From assembly GCA_043228905.1 (NCBI GenBank), contig JBHGNT010000008.1, positions 1,054,001 through 1,118,000 of the forward strand: DNA of 64,000 nt, given 5' to 3'. This document shows, one piece after another, positions 46,921 to 60,600 of this stretch. This stretch comes from Azolla caroliniana (Eukaryota; Plantae; Polypodiophyta). Both the position numbers and the translations under genes were made by a program. Every line of letters starts with the position of its first letter. The first letter of the stretch is position 1. The notes under the pieces were generated by a model. That model searched no databases and had not been told where the DNA came from. It saw only the letters and a list, made by a program, of their open reading frames with translations.

Positions 46921-49900
46921 ATATTGTGTGTATCGCCATTTCTCTCTCTCATTCTGTATTCTTTGTTACGAAGGCGCTCCTGCTCTTCTTTATGCACAGC
47001 GGATCGTAATGTGTTGGATCGTTTAGTGTGCTCAAGACAAAAGGAAAAGGGAAGGAGACTTACCTCTATAGCAAAACCAAAAGCTTCTATTACATTTCAC
47101 GCAAAGCTCAACTCGCTCTCGTCAATTTTCTTCTTCTCTTTCAACTACTCTTACTTTTTTACCTAAGTTATAAGTGACTTACATATGCAGCTAATTAGCT
47201 ATGAGTAGTTAATTAGCTGTGAATAGCTAAATAGTTGTGAGTAGCTAAATAGTTGTTTTACCTACATGCCTAATAGTACCTAATTTCCCAATAGCTACTA
47301 TAGAAGATCTCACTTATCAATATGTACCATATGCTTTTGTTCAGCTTGTTTCTCAACACTCCCCCTCAAGCTCAACTTATTCTTTCTTGAGATCATCTTC
47401 AGTCTTCTTTCCTTCATGCTTTTCAGCCATCATACCAATGGTTATAACTCCCATCATTTCCCTGAATTTTGTATGTTTTTCCATGCTTAATCCCTTCGTA
47501 AGAATATCTACAACTTGCTGATTTGTGCTTACATACAACAGATCTACTTCACCATCAATCACTTTTTCTCTAACAAAGTGATAATGCACTTCAATGTGCT
47601 TTGTTCTTGCATGGAAGACTGGGTATTTTGCGAGCTGAATGCTACTCATATTGTCACACCAAAATTGTGACTGCACCATCTATATGTTCTCCCAAATCAG
47701 CAAGCAATCTTCTTATCCATACCTTTTCAAAAGTGGCTATTGTAGCTCCTCTAAATTCAGCTTCAGTACTTGATAATGAAACGGTAGCTTGTTTCTTGCT
47801 ACTCCATGAAATAGTTGCACTTCCCAATGTAAACATATATCCACTTGTGGATCTTCTATCAGTTTGGCTTCTAGCCCAATCAACATTTGTATATCCTTCC
47901 AACTTTATGTCCAGATCAGCCCTGTAAAATAGTCCATAGTTCTGAGTAGGTTTTACATACCTCAAGATTCTTCTAATGCAATCCAAATGTGGCTTTGTTG
48001 GCTGTTGCATAAATTGGCTGACTAATCCAACATCATAACTCAAATCAGGTCTTGTTATAGTCAAATATATGAGGTTGCCCACCATAGACCTATACATGTT
48101 TACATCTTCTATTTTGGCTCCCAAATCAGCCCTCAATTTGTAGTTCTTATCTAGTGGTACATCAATAGGTTTGCATCCAAGCATACCATACTTCTTCAAC
48201 ATAGTTGTTGCATATTGTTCTTGCAACATATATATACCACTTTCAGATATGATTATCTCAATACCAAGAAAATATCTCAACTCTCCCAAATCTTTCATAT
48301 GAAATTGCATTTCAAGATTTTTCTTAAGCTTCCTTGTTTCATCCATAGAATCATCTCCAATGATTAAGTCATCGACATATATCAAGATAACAACAATGCA
48401 ATCATTTATTATCTTTACATACAATGATGGATCAACTTTTGACATTTTGAAGGCAATTTTTTTCAGAGATTCTGAAAGTTGTTTATGCCATGCTCTCAAT
48501 GCCTGTTTTAGTCCATAGAGAGCCTTTTTTAGCCTACATACATATTCTCGATGCTTCTTATCTTCAAAACCTGGTGGTTGACACATATACACTTCTTCTT
48601 CCAAGTTACCATGTAAAAAAGCATTTTTTACATCCATATGGTGCAGAACCCATCTTTTGGCTGCACTCACAGCAAGTAGTGTTCTCAAGGTTGCCATTTT
48701 TTCAACCGGTGTAAATGTTTCATCATAATCAATTCCTTGCATCTGGGCATATCCCTTTGCCACAAGTCTTGCTTTATGTCTCTTACATTCCCATTGGAAT
48801 CATGCTTTGTTTTGTAGACCCATTTGCAACCTACAACATTTTTTCCTTTTAGTAACTTTACCAAATCCCATGTTCTGTTTTCAGCCAATGCATCTATTTC
48901 TTCTTGCATTGCATTCACCCATTTCTTATCAAATTTTGCTTCATCAAAATTATTTGGATCAAAGATTTGTACCACTTTAGACATGTATGCATAATGCATA
49001 GCCATATATGTGTCATAACTAAATCTTTCAACAGTCTTTTTCTCTCTATTTGATCTTCTCAGTTTCTGATTTGCATCTTTCATTGCCTTTTCCATACCAG
49101 CGTTTTTGAAGGCTCCTATACCAAGCTCATCATCCAATGATGTATCTGAATCTACATCTTCCATGTTTCTAGATTCATCATCAAGCATTTCATATTCTTG
49201 CATCTTTTGTTTTCCCTTTCTATCATCATATTTTTTGTGTCCTTCATTTTTTCCACTGCATGCATTTGAATCAGATTTACTACCAGAGTTTTTAGATGGT
49301 CCAGTACATTCTATTGATGTGGAACTTTGCTGTCCAACATTGTTTCCATCTCTATAGCAATCTCTTCCTTTTTAAGATTTATCCCTATCTTCATTTTCAT
49401 AATCGTCAACAGTTTCTACATTTTCTTTTGGGTTGTACCAACTACCCAACTAATCAAATATTACATCACATCTTACCACAATCTTTTTTGTCAATGGGTT
49501 ATAGTATCTATACCCTTTTTGCTTTGAATATCCAACAAGAACACATTTTTCAGCTTTTGGATCAAGCTTACTGTTGCCGATTAGGAACACGGTCCGCGGT
49601 CAGTCCTTCGACCTAGACCTCAAAGTGGGTGTGGAACAACGAACATGTGTTTAAGCGTAATGCGTAGGGGAAGAATCCTTGTAACCTATCAGCGTATAAG
49701 GGAGACGGCTACAACCGAATCCCTATCAAGGGTTACACTTCCGTACTTAAATGCTTAGGTATTCAAGACACACAGAGTGAATTAACCGTAGCTATACACA
49801 GGAAATCAGAGAAGATAGAATTCTATTATCAGGCGTTTCTTTACATTCCCAAAATTATACGCACCCTCTATTAGAGGTTTTCTGCCCTTTATATACGCGG

Positions 49901-50459
49901 GTCTATTTAGCTGTTCACGCTTCCTGCGTGAACCGTTACATGCGTTATGCTCCTATATTATTTCCTATTCCTACGCTTTTGTCCATCGATTACTATTCCG
50001 GCGGACAACACCTGGCACGCCTGTGGGACAGTGCCCTGGCACGTCGGACCCATCTCGTTAATCCTCTTCCAAAATGGCCCGGATGTTTGGCTCTGCTGCG
50101 GTGTCCGCGTCCGTAGGTGACGTAGGGCCCGTAGGTGCATCGTGGTGTGGCTCCCCTGTTTGGTCGGGCTGGTTTCTCCCGGAGTCGTCGTCGCCGTGTG
50201 TGGGCGGCCCGGGTACGGTGGACTCCTCTTGAGCTAGTGGGTTGGGCTCCGCCGATGTCGTGCTTGCAGTCGGTTGCGGCTCTGCCTCTATTGTTGCGTC
50301 CTCCGTAGTGTCGGCCGTTTTTGTAGGTTCCGGGGAGTGGGGCGGAGATTCCGCCTGGCCCGCACCGTTCTTCGTGTGGTCTAGTGATAGTGTGGGCTCG
50401 TGCAGATGAACCTCTTGTTGTGCAGTGGTTTCGCTGTCTGGTCCTGTGGGGAACTCCGC

Positions 50460-52982
50460 TCATCGGTCCCCGCTATTCTCCATCGTTGTCATTTCTGGTG
50501 ATCGGGCCTGAGGTTCCTCTTCTTCGGCCGTGCCCAGAATTGGCGTTGCGCTAGATTCCTGCGTGTTACCGGCTTGTGTGATCTGGTGAAATAACTCCTC
50601 CTGGCTTTCACCAAAATCATCTAAGAGCTGTGCGAGTTCTTCGGAGTGTTGGTCCGCTAGCGCATGGTAGTCTTGCGTTAGGTCCTCCCGTACGGCCGCA
50701 ATTCTCTCCTCATTTAGTTTATAGAAACCTCGACCGTCTTTTCGCCGGTTCTCCCAGTCCGCACGATACGCGTGCAATTCCACTGTTTGGGTTGCCCACG
50801 CCATCCATCCTTTGTCCAGCACCGTTTTCAATTGCGTTGTGAACCTCTCCCGATTTGTTTGGAGAAGGATACGCACGTTATCTGTGATGGCCTGGCAATG
50901 GTTGCGTGCGTCTTCCATCGACTTCTGGAGATTTGTGATTTCCTGTTGTTTAACCGCTGCCGCTTCCTCGTACATGACCTTCAAGCCCGCCCACAGCTGA
51001 GATTCCTTTGCATGTTGTTCTTCTAATTTCCCCATTTCATTGTTTAGGCGGATTTCGAGCTGATGCCTTCTTTCTTGTTCAACCACCAATTGCTCGTCGA
51101 GCCATACCTTCTTTTTTTCTAATAAGGCCCGAAGTCCCACTATTGCCGCCTCTGATTTCTTCGCATCCTCTCGTAATTGGGCATTGTCGTCTTTTGTCCG
51201 GATGTGCTAAGCTACCTCCGTAGCGAGTTTCTCTTCAAGGGTTTTTACTGCCTTCCGGTCGTTAGCCTGTATCTCCTTTTCTCTATCTGAGGATTGGCGT
51301 AGTTCTGCTCAAAGGCGGTCAATTTCTGATTCCGCTAGTTGCATGGCCCTTTTCGCTTTTGAGGCGATGTCGGTCTGAGCCTCTATTTCTTCTTTTAGAG
51401 CATCGATGGCGTGGTTCGGGGGCGGGGTTGCGTGTTGCGCCGTAATTGCGTGAGCTTCCAACTCCGCGACGTGTGCGTTGGCTTTTTGCAGTTCAGCTTG
51501 GGTCAATCTAACCTTCTTCCAGACATTCTTATTTTTTATGGCCATCTCCTTGGCGCCCGTGCTGACCTTTGCCAGTTCCCGATGGACTTCGACTAGGGCC
51601 GTGTTTAATGGGGGTATCTCCATCCCCGGTGTTCCTCTGTCTATCGACCCTAGCTAGCCTGTCCTCATCATCGCTCTCCGTTGTTTGTGTTAGGGCGCGC
51701 TCGATCATCTGGCGTTCCGCATGCTCTTCGACCATTCGTTGGGCGGCTTTTACCTGTTGTGTTGCCAGGAACTCCATGAGCTCAAAAGAAGTACCGAACT
51801 GCAAGAGGGCGCTGTCCTCGTGGGCCGTATCCGAGATATCCGGATATGCCAAAACCTCACTTTCCGCCGTCAATACGACCTTCCCTCTTTGGGACTGGGT
51901 CGTAATGATCGGTTGTGGCTCCCGGATGATTTCAAAGGTGGTATTGGGTTCCGTGGCTGCGGAGCCATCGCCTTCGATCGGTGTTTTTGTCGCCATGGGG
52001 GCGTTTTTGAGCAGCCCCCGCCAATCTTTCATGTCCAATCTACGCCATTTTGGTCTGGGGCTCTCCTGCCGTGTTTTGGTGTCTGGCTCTGGGGCTGCTT
52101 CCATGGAACGTGTTAGTTGTTCCTCCTGCGTTGTCTGTGTGTCCGGCTGGTCGGTAGGAGGTGTTGTCCTTGGGTCTGGCAGGGCGGGTTGGGGTTCCTC
52201 TTCCCACTCTGGGGCCGATAACTCCGCTAAGCTGCGCTTCGCGGATTGTGGCGGGGGCGTGGGTCGGCTGGGCTATGGTGTCGGCAGGCCTCGGGGTGGA
52301 AATAGTACCATAAGGTACTGTTGTATGATCGGCCTGAGCTTTTTGCCTGCTTGGTGCGCATGCAGGCCTTCCCTTAACGCCGGTCCTGTGATGACCTCCT
52401 AGTCGACGGCACGCCCTTCAAAGGTATCGATAATGATGCCCGCCTTTTGCTTAGGCATCCCATATGCGTTGACATGTACGCAGCCACTTCTAGTAGGAAC
52501 TTGGCAACTTCACGGAAGAAGGGATCCGGAATCTGCTTTGTTCTATAGGCCTTGGCGGAGGAGGAATATGGACCCAAATACCGCTGCAGCGCCTCTGCAG
52601 GACGTATTTCGAAATGTCTTTTGCCTAGTGAGGATAGGTCCAACTTCTTCCGGATGGAAGAGTTGGTGACCATGTCGATGTTAAGCTTCCTGGCGATGTC
52701 CATGGCATCCGGGTGTGGAGGTGCTTCTGCGACCCGGATGTACCCATCTAGGCGTTTCTCCACGAGCCATCGGCGTAGGGCAGTAGAGATGAAGATCGGC
52801 ATTGCCAGAGTAGGTTCGTGGGAAGGAGATGGGTTGTTGTGGTGGGTTGGAGCTCTGTGATAGGATGGGGGAGAAGGTGAGGGGGGGCGCTGATAGCTAA
52901 AAGATGGGTTTCTGTTTTGCCCAGAAAATCTTCTGTTTCCTTCTATTTGTGGCTTAGGGTTCATTGGGCGGTGAGCCATCAT
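50460..52982 (-). pseudogene. Extra ORF downstream of integrase (~840 codons once two frameshifts and several stops are bridged): globular N-domain, Pro/acidic linker, long coiled coil
   Basis: ORF pieces 52374-52982, 51529-52104, 51309-51623 and 50460-51140 chain together; the last two are in frame across two stops; E/K/Q/L/A-rich C-terminal half. Confidence 0.7.
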
Positions 52983-55900
52983 GGTGCCGCGTGTTCTTGA
53001 ACTAGGAGTTTGTGCATGCCTTTAGTCGTTTTAATAGTCGCTATCTTCTCCCTTTTTTTTCCTTTTTTTATTTTTTTTTTTTTTTTTCGTAACGGTTATT
53101 TACCTATTTTTACATTATGATACAAGTCGGGCCGTCCATTTTACGTTGCGGGTTCTCCGGCTCTGTCCCATTCGGCGGTGAATGGGTTAGGTGGCGTAGG
53201 GCCCAGGTAAGGTTTGAGCCGAAACCCATTCACCTTTTGCCGTACTATTTCTCCGGCCAGTGTACCTAGTTGGAACGTGCCTTGTTCCGCTCCAATTATC
53301 TAGTATGGGCCGGTCCAGCGGAATCGTAACTTCCCCGGCATATGGCCCATGCGCGTTTGGAAAACTAGCACCGCTCGACCCACGGTGAACTCCTTTTCCC
53401 TTGCGTTCTGATGTCGATCCACAAACGCTTTACGCCGTCGTTGTTCCTGCTCCAGCACTGCCATGCTGTGGATGCGTTTTTCCCCTAGATCGAGGAGTTG
53501 GTAGAGCCGTATCTCCTCCGACTTGACTTCTGATAGACGGTTCCGTACCTGAATTCGCAAACTAGGTATCTGAAATTCGACCGGCATCACAACCTCCAGC
53601 CCAAACACTAGTCGAAATGGTGTTGATTGTATGCTTGTTTTGTAGTTGGTTCTGTATGCCCATAACGCACTCTATAGTTTAGTATCCCAGTCCATTCTAT
53701 TTTCATTGACGATTTTCTTCAAAATGGTTTGTAACATCTTGTTGGTGGATTCTGCTAATCCATTCGCCTGCGGATAATATGGCATGCTCTTCTTATGGAC
53801 TACGGCGTAATGATGTGTTAGTTCCCGAACCACCGTATTGAGAAAGTGACTCCCCTGGTCACTGATGAGCTCAATCGGGCAGCCGAACCGGCACCAGATG
53901 TGCTCGTAAAGGAACCTGGTTGTGACGGCCGTCGTATTTTCACGTAGGGCCTTTGCTTCTACCCATTTGGTGTAGTAATCCATGGCTACCAATATTTATT
54001 TATTGCCCATACGGGCCACCGCTGGTGTGAAGGGCCCCACAAAATCCAATCCCCACTTTTGGAAGGGGTCTAGTAGTAATACGGGCTGGTGTGGCATCCT
54101 TGCGCCCTCCGCGGGTTGTCCCATCCGTTGACACAAATCACACTTTCGACTATACTCGGATGCGTCCTTCTGCGTTGTTGGCCACCATAGGCCCGCCTAC
54201 CATATTTTTCGGGCTGTAACGTTGCCCGCGTAATGGCCGCCTACCGTGCCGCAGTGTGCCTCCCGTAAAACAGCTTCCTTCTCATCCTGACGTACCCCAC
54301 ATCGCCAAATGCCGTCACTTCCTTTGTGATATAAAACGCCTTCGACGAGGCAGATGTGACGGCTTCGGACGGCTAGTCATTTCTTCTCGTCCGTGCGTAC
54401 TTGTGGTGGAGGCAGTCCCGTAGTTAAAAAGTACGTCATTTCCATAAGCCATCGGTCCGGAAAGGTCGATTCCATTCTTTCTACTAGTGTCGCTACCCAT
54501 AGTATGTCGGCGTCCGGAAAATCGTCATCATCTTTCTGTCCTGTTTCTCCATTCTTGAGTCTGCTCAAAAAATCTGCCACTGCGTGTTGCGTCCTTGGTC
54601 GGTGCTGGATTACAAAATCGAATTCCTGGAGCAGCAGCATCCACCGCGCTAATTTCCCTGTTAGAGCTTGTTTCTCCACCAAATATAGAAGTGCCGAATG
54701 ATCCACGTGGAACGTGAATTTCCTTCCTAATAAATAGTGCCGGAATTTATTAATGCTATAGATCATCCCTAGCGCCTCCCGCTCTATTGTGGAGTAGTTA
54801 CGCTCTGCTGTTGATAATTTGCGACTAGCGTAGTATACTGGCCGGTACCAGCTTGGTTCGGTGAGCTGCATTAGTGCACTTCCTATTGCTATGTCTGAGG
54901 CGTCGACGAACACGTGGAATGGCTTCGCCCAAATTGGTGGTTGTACGACGGGAGCCTGTGTGAGCATTATCTTAAGTGCCTCGTAGGCCTTATCCTCCGT
55001 TGTCGTCCATTGGAAAGGAGTTTGATGTATGGTAGCGTGTAACGGCGTGGTGAAGTCCGCCAAATACCATATCATCCGACTATGCCACCGTATTTGCCCC
55101 AAAAACCGGCTGAGTGATTTGGCGTTTATCGGAGTGTTGGCTTGCGTAATCGCGGAGATTTTTTTCGGGTTAACCGCTATTCCCTCCTTGCTGACTATAT
55201 GGCCCAAGAGAGTTCCGTTGGTCACGCCAAAAACACATTTTGCGGGATTCAGGCTTAAGCGTGCGGTGCGGCAACGTTCCAGGCACAGTTGTAAGGTATG
55301 CCTCCAATTCTGCATATTTATATATTCTGTGTATAATGGTGTTATACCCTTCGGTTGTGGCGTGCTTCCTTCCATAGGTACGCGAACCTTGGTGCGTCCG
55401 TGTCGGAAACTAATATACTTGTGTTGCCAGCTCTTCTTGATATTTGTTGCCCGAAGCCATGGTCTGCCCAAAAGCACTGGGTACGCCCCTGGGGCGTCCA
55501 AGGCGAGGACGACCGCCAAGATGTCGAATCGGTGTCCGCCCACGATAATGCCGATTTTGCGAATTAATCCTAATGGTCGTACTGAGCGGGTATCCGCCAT
55601 TCGGAGCCAGAATGGGCAAGCCTCCCATTCTGAAATGCCTAACAGCTCGCAAGTTTTCGCGCTAATGACATTGACGCCTGAGCCGCCGTCGATTACACAT
55701 CCAGGAATTTCCTGTCCGTGTAATATTAATGTAATAGCCGGGTGGTGTTGATCCACTACCGGCAGTCCACTGCTGACATCGGTAAGGTTTGTAGCGATAC
55801 TCACCCCGGGTATGCCTGTCACCCGTTCTTCCATGGTCTGGCGGAAGCGTGGGACTAGCTGTAGCAGTTTCTCCATAGTTAACGTTATCTCACAGCCCGC

Positions 55901-57614
55901 TAACGCCTGCCAAATGGGGTCTGGGACCGATCTTTCATCCTCTGCTCGCTCCATTGTGTTCGCGGACTCTTGTCACATACGTTCCGCATTTGTCGCGTTT
56001 GCTTTTTCCACCCACGCTTGGGCTTGTCGGCATACCTCGTCTTACGCAGCCCAATCCGTTGTTTTTGTTTGTTGGCGTGTCATGACTTGTTGCACCTCCG
56101 CCGTAATGGTATTGACAGCGGGCCCCTTTCCCTTGCGTGCTGGGCATTGCGTGGCATAATGTCCGAGTTGCTGACAAATAAAACAATGGATGCTTGATTC
56201 ACCCTTCTCGGCTCCTAGTGGTGTGTGCCGCTCCCCTGGTGCTACTTGCTCCTCGCAGTCCAGCCTCGTTTGTCGGAACATACGCGGTGGCTGTTGTTGG
56301 TCCCGTCGTTGTTCCTGGTGCCGCTCATCCCCCGAGCTTTTGTCGTACGCCGGTGATCCCGATATTGTCGTGGTTTACCACGATAGCCATTGAAGCCACC
56401 CCGTTTGTTTGTCAGCCGTTGATTCTCGTAGCGTCGACCCCCTTTGGCGTAACTCGGATGTCCACGATAATCCTCGTCCTTTGGGTCGTCCTCCTCAGAA
56501 TCGTTGTGATTTCGGCGATTCCGGTGGTACCAATCCTCCCGTGGGTTGTGATCCTTATACTGGGGTCAGTCTTCTTGCCTCCTTTGTTCAGCCCGGTGTG
56601 GTTGACGTTGTGTGTCCATGCTGCGGACTGCGGGACTGGCTCTGTTTAACATATTGTAGTCGCATTGGTCGACTGTGTGAGCCTTCGAGTGGCAAATTGG
56701 GCAGTGGATTCGCATGTTGCAGTCCACTGTGGAATGCCACGAGTTCAAGCAAATCGTGCACTGGATTGTTTGACGAAACTGGCGTTCCTCATCCTGAGGT
56801 AACGCTTGTTGTAAGGAGGACATAGAAAACCTTTCCTCCTCTTCATCCAACTCGAGTTGTAACGCTCGTTCAATTACCATATCCGTTGTTTCCCCTTTCA
56901 TGCTATTGTTGTTGAGCATTGCCCGGATGGGCCGGCATAAAGCTGCCAGAAATGTTTTCCGAGCCTCGTCTTCTACGGGGCTCCGTTCCAGTTTTCGTCG
57001 TAAACTTTGGAAGCATAAGCTAAAGTCCGCTATCGTCTCTGTCGGCAGTTGCTTAATCGTATAAAACTGCCCAAGGATTTCACGTTGTGGAACCCTCCGA
57101 TGGAAGAATCGCAAGAACGCGGATTGCAGGTGATCGAAGGTTGTTATTGCTGGTAAATCCATTTGTGAATGCCAAAACGCGGTCGCCCATTTAATGTTAA
57201 CCCGAACTCCGTCATTTTCGACTAGTGTGCTACCGCCTCCGAAAGGCTCTACGCCATGTGGTTTGCATTCTAGACATTCAAGAACATGTGAATATGCGTT
57301 GCGGCGTCGGTTTCGTCGTTAAAGCGGGGGTAGGCAAAGGCCATGGTGGGGGCTACGGCGGGTCGGGAAAGGCCACCAGGTGGCTGTGGTGAGCATAGTC
57401 CCCGCGTCTCGTCGAGGTATTTGGGGAGTGAAGAATCACCTTTGTACTCACGGCAAGTAGTACTGAGGTTGCTGAGGCGCGGCTTTTGTCGTGCGCGTTC
57501 TTCTGCCTGGCGTGCGACGGACCTTGTTATTGGCCGGTCTTGTCGTGTTGGTTCTCTGGGGCGTTTGTGGCTAAACATCCATTCGTTGTTGCTCGTCTAT
57601 GAGAAAACATAGAT

Positions 57615-57628
57615 CACCAAGCGTGCCA
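57615..57628 (-). promoter_or_regulatory. PBS, tRNA-Arg type (decayed)
   Basis: TGGCACGCTTGGTG 4 nt after the 5' LTR, compared with the plant Arg PBS TGGCACGCCCRGTGGGAC. Confidence 0.7.
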
Positions 57629-60600
57629 AAAGTGTTGTCGATTAGGAACACGGTCTGCGGTCAGTCCTTCAACCTAGACCTCAAAGTGGGTGTGGAACAA
57701 CGAACAGGTGTTTAAGTGTAATGCGTAGGGGAAGAATCCCTATAACCTATCAACATATAAGGGAGATGGCTACAACTGAATCCCTATCAAGGGTTACACT
57801 TCCGTACTTAAACGCTTAGGTATTCAAGACACACAGAGTGAATTAACCGTAGCTATACACAGGAAATCAGAGAAGATAGAATTCTATTATCAGGCATTTC
57901 TTTACATTCCCAAAATTACACACACCCTCTATTAGAGGTTTTCTGCCCTTTATATACGCAGGGTCTATTTAGCCGTTCTCACTTCCTGCGTGAACCATTA
58001 CATGCGTTATGCTCCTATATTATTTCCTATTCCTACGCTTTTGTCCGTCGGTTACTATTCCAGCGGACAACACTTACTTCTTAGTTCAGTAGGTACATGG
58101 ACATAGGCAAGGCATCCAAATGCTTTTAAGTGTCCTAAACTAGGTTTCCTTTCATAGAAACATTCTTCAGGAGTTACTTCATGTACTCCAGATGTTATAC
58201 ATCTATTTAGAATAAAGTTTGCTATGTTTACAACTTCTGGCCAGTAATACAATGGCATATTTTTTTCAGTCATCATGGCTCTTGCTATGTTCACCAGAGT
58301 TTTGTTTTATCTCTCAGCAACTCCATTTTGTTGTGGAGTATATCTACATGTAAATTGTCTCCTTATTCCTTGATTACACAGAAAATCAGAAAATTCATTT
58401 GAGAAATATTCTCCTCCATCAGATCTTAAACACTTTATTCTAGTTCCAAACTGCTTTTCTACCATGCATTTAAACTTACGAAAGCAATCAAATACTTCAC
58501 TTTTCTCTTTCATGAAATAAACTCATCTTTTCCTTGAGTAATCATCAATAAATGTTACATAAAACTTACATCCGCTAATTGATGTATTTTTTGTTCATCC
58601 CCATACATCTGTATGTACCAAATCCAACAAATTTTTTCTTACATGTCTTTCATGAGGGAAAGGTAACCTGTTTTTCTTTCCATATTGGCATGCTTCACAT
58701 ATTTTGGTCATCTCACAATCTTTCAACTTAGGCAGTCCAGCCACTACATTTTTCCTCAACATATTTTTCGAGGTTTGCATACTTATGTGACCGATTCTTT
58801 TATGCCACATTTCCACATCTGAGATTACACTCATTCCTTTTGCAAACATGGTTGTAATCTTTTTAGGCATATCCACATCTAACACAAACATTCTTCCATG
58901 ATGTTTTCCTTTTGCAATAAGCTTTCCCTGTTTCTCTATAAAGCATCCACTTTGCTTAAACTTAACTTGCATTCCTTGCTCTACTATCTATTCAACAGAA
59001 ATTAGATTTTTTGCAAGGTTTGGAACATGCATCACATACTTTGTTTTTCCTTTTTCTTCTCACAATGGGATATCTCCAACATGGTCAATTGTATGAGTGG
59101 TGTTATCACTTGTTTGTACATAACCAAGAATCTCTGGTTCTCTTAGATTTTCAAACCAATTTGCATGTCCAATCATATGATTAGATGCCCCAAAATCTAC
59201 ATACCACATATAATCTTCATTGCATCTCTATGAACATTCAGTCATTGCTGTTGTTTCATGTTGCATCACAAATGCACCATCTTTATCACAATCTTCACTA
59301 GTTGAAGCATAATTATTTTGTTGTCTCTTCCCTCTTTTTTCATCATTTTGCTTTTTATAGCATTCACCCTGTGTATGGCCTGGTTTTCCACAATACCAAC
59401 AGCTATCATCATTCAAATAAGTTTTCTTACCTCTGCCTCGATTGCTCCCCCTGCCTTTGGTGTTGTTTCTTCCACTTCTAGCCTGTTGTCCTCTTCCTTG
59501 ATAATTGTTGTTGGTTCTAGCTGAACCAAATCTTCCATGCCCTCTTCCTCGGCCTCGTCCAACACTATTGTAGAGGGTTTGCCCCTCAGTCTCAAAGTTT
59601 CCTTTGTTTACATCATCCATCTTATTTCTTTCTTCCACTACAAGCATTGAAACTAGATTAGGAAAACTTGGGATGCTATCCCTTGTGAGAATAGATGTTT
59701 TGAACCTTGTATATTGAGGTCCTAAGCCTCTTAAGTATATTTCCACCTTATCATCATCTTCTACCTTCACATTAATAGAAGCAAGTGATTCATATATGCT
59801 CTTTATGTTCAGAGCATACTCATTCACTGACATCTTACCTTTTTCCAAGGTATTTAGCTCAGTCTTCAACTGAAGCTTTCTAGCCTTTGTGTTCACTGCA
59901 AACAGTTTTACCAAACTGTCCTAAGCTTCTTTTGGAAGCATAGCATCTTGTATGTGTCCAAGCATCGAATCGGAGAGGCTAAGTGAGAGCCAATGGAATA
60001 CTTTCCTTGCCCCTTGATTCCATTCCTTAATGCTTTAATCTCTGCACCAGTTGCATTTTCCTCAGGGATCTCTGGAGCCTCTTCTAGGTCTCCTTTAATG
60101 TAGTCCTAATATCCTTTTCCCATGAGGAAATTTGTCATTCTAAATTTACACGCAAGGAAATTGTTTTTATCCATCTTTTTTGTGACTATTTGGCTTCCAT
60201 TCTCAACAGTCATTCTCTCTTTCGATTAGGGTTTTTGCTACGATTAACTTCACATACAACTCTCTGATTCAGATCAGCAATCAAAACCAAACTTTTTAGA
60301 TCTATACTACTCTATCTTCTTTACGAGCAACTCTGCTCTGATACCATGTTACGAAGGTGCTCCGGCTCTTCTTTACGCACAACGGATCGTGATGTGTTGG
60401 ATCATTTAGTGTGCTCAAGACAGAAAAGAAAAAGGTAAGGAGACTTACCTCTGTAGCAAAACCAAAAGCTTCTATTACATTTCACGTAGAGCTCAACTCA
60501 CTCTCATCAGTTTTCTTCTTCTCTTTCAACTACTCTTACTTTTTTACCTAAGTTATAAGGGACTTACATATGCAGATAATTAGCTGTGAGTAGCTAAATA

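Larger units (their letters stand above)
49572..58072 (-). mobile_element. Non-chromovirus Gypsy (Athila/OTA-like) with an RT-core deletion and a large extra 3' ORF; LTRs 57633-58072 (5') and 49572-50010 (3')
   Basis: Perfect TSD CTTAC; TGTTG...CAACA LTRs; gag with three CCHC knuckles, PR VIDGGSG, RNase H VDASD, IN SDQGSHF/YYPQANG/WTGPY. Confidence 0.93.

Noticed and set aside
51569-52402. 277-aa plus-strand ORF
   Set aside because: Antisense shadow of the GC-rich minus-strand extra ORF; the same applies to antisense ORFs over the pol genes (e.g. 9201-10022, 55029-55751)
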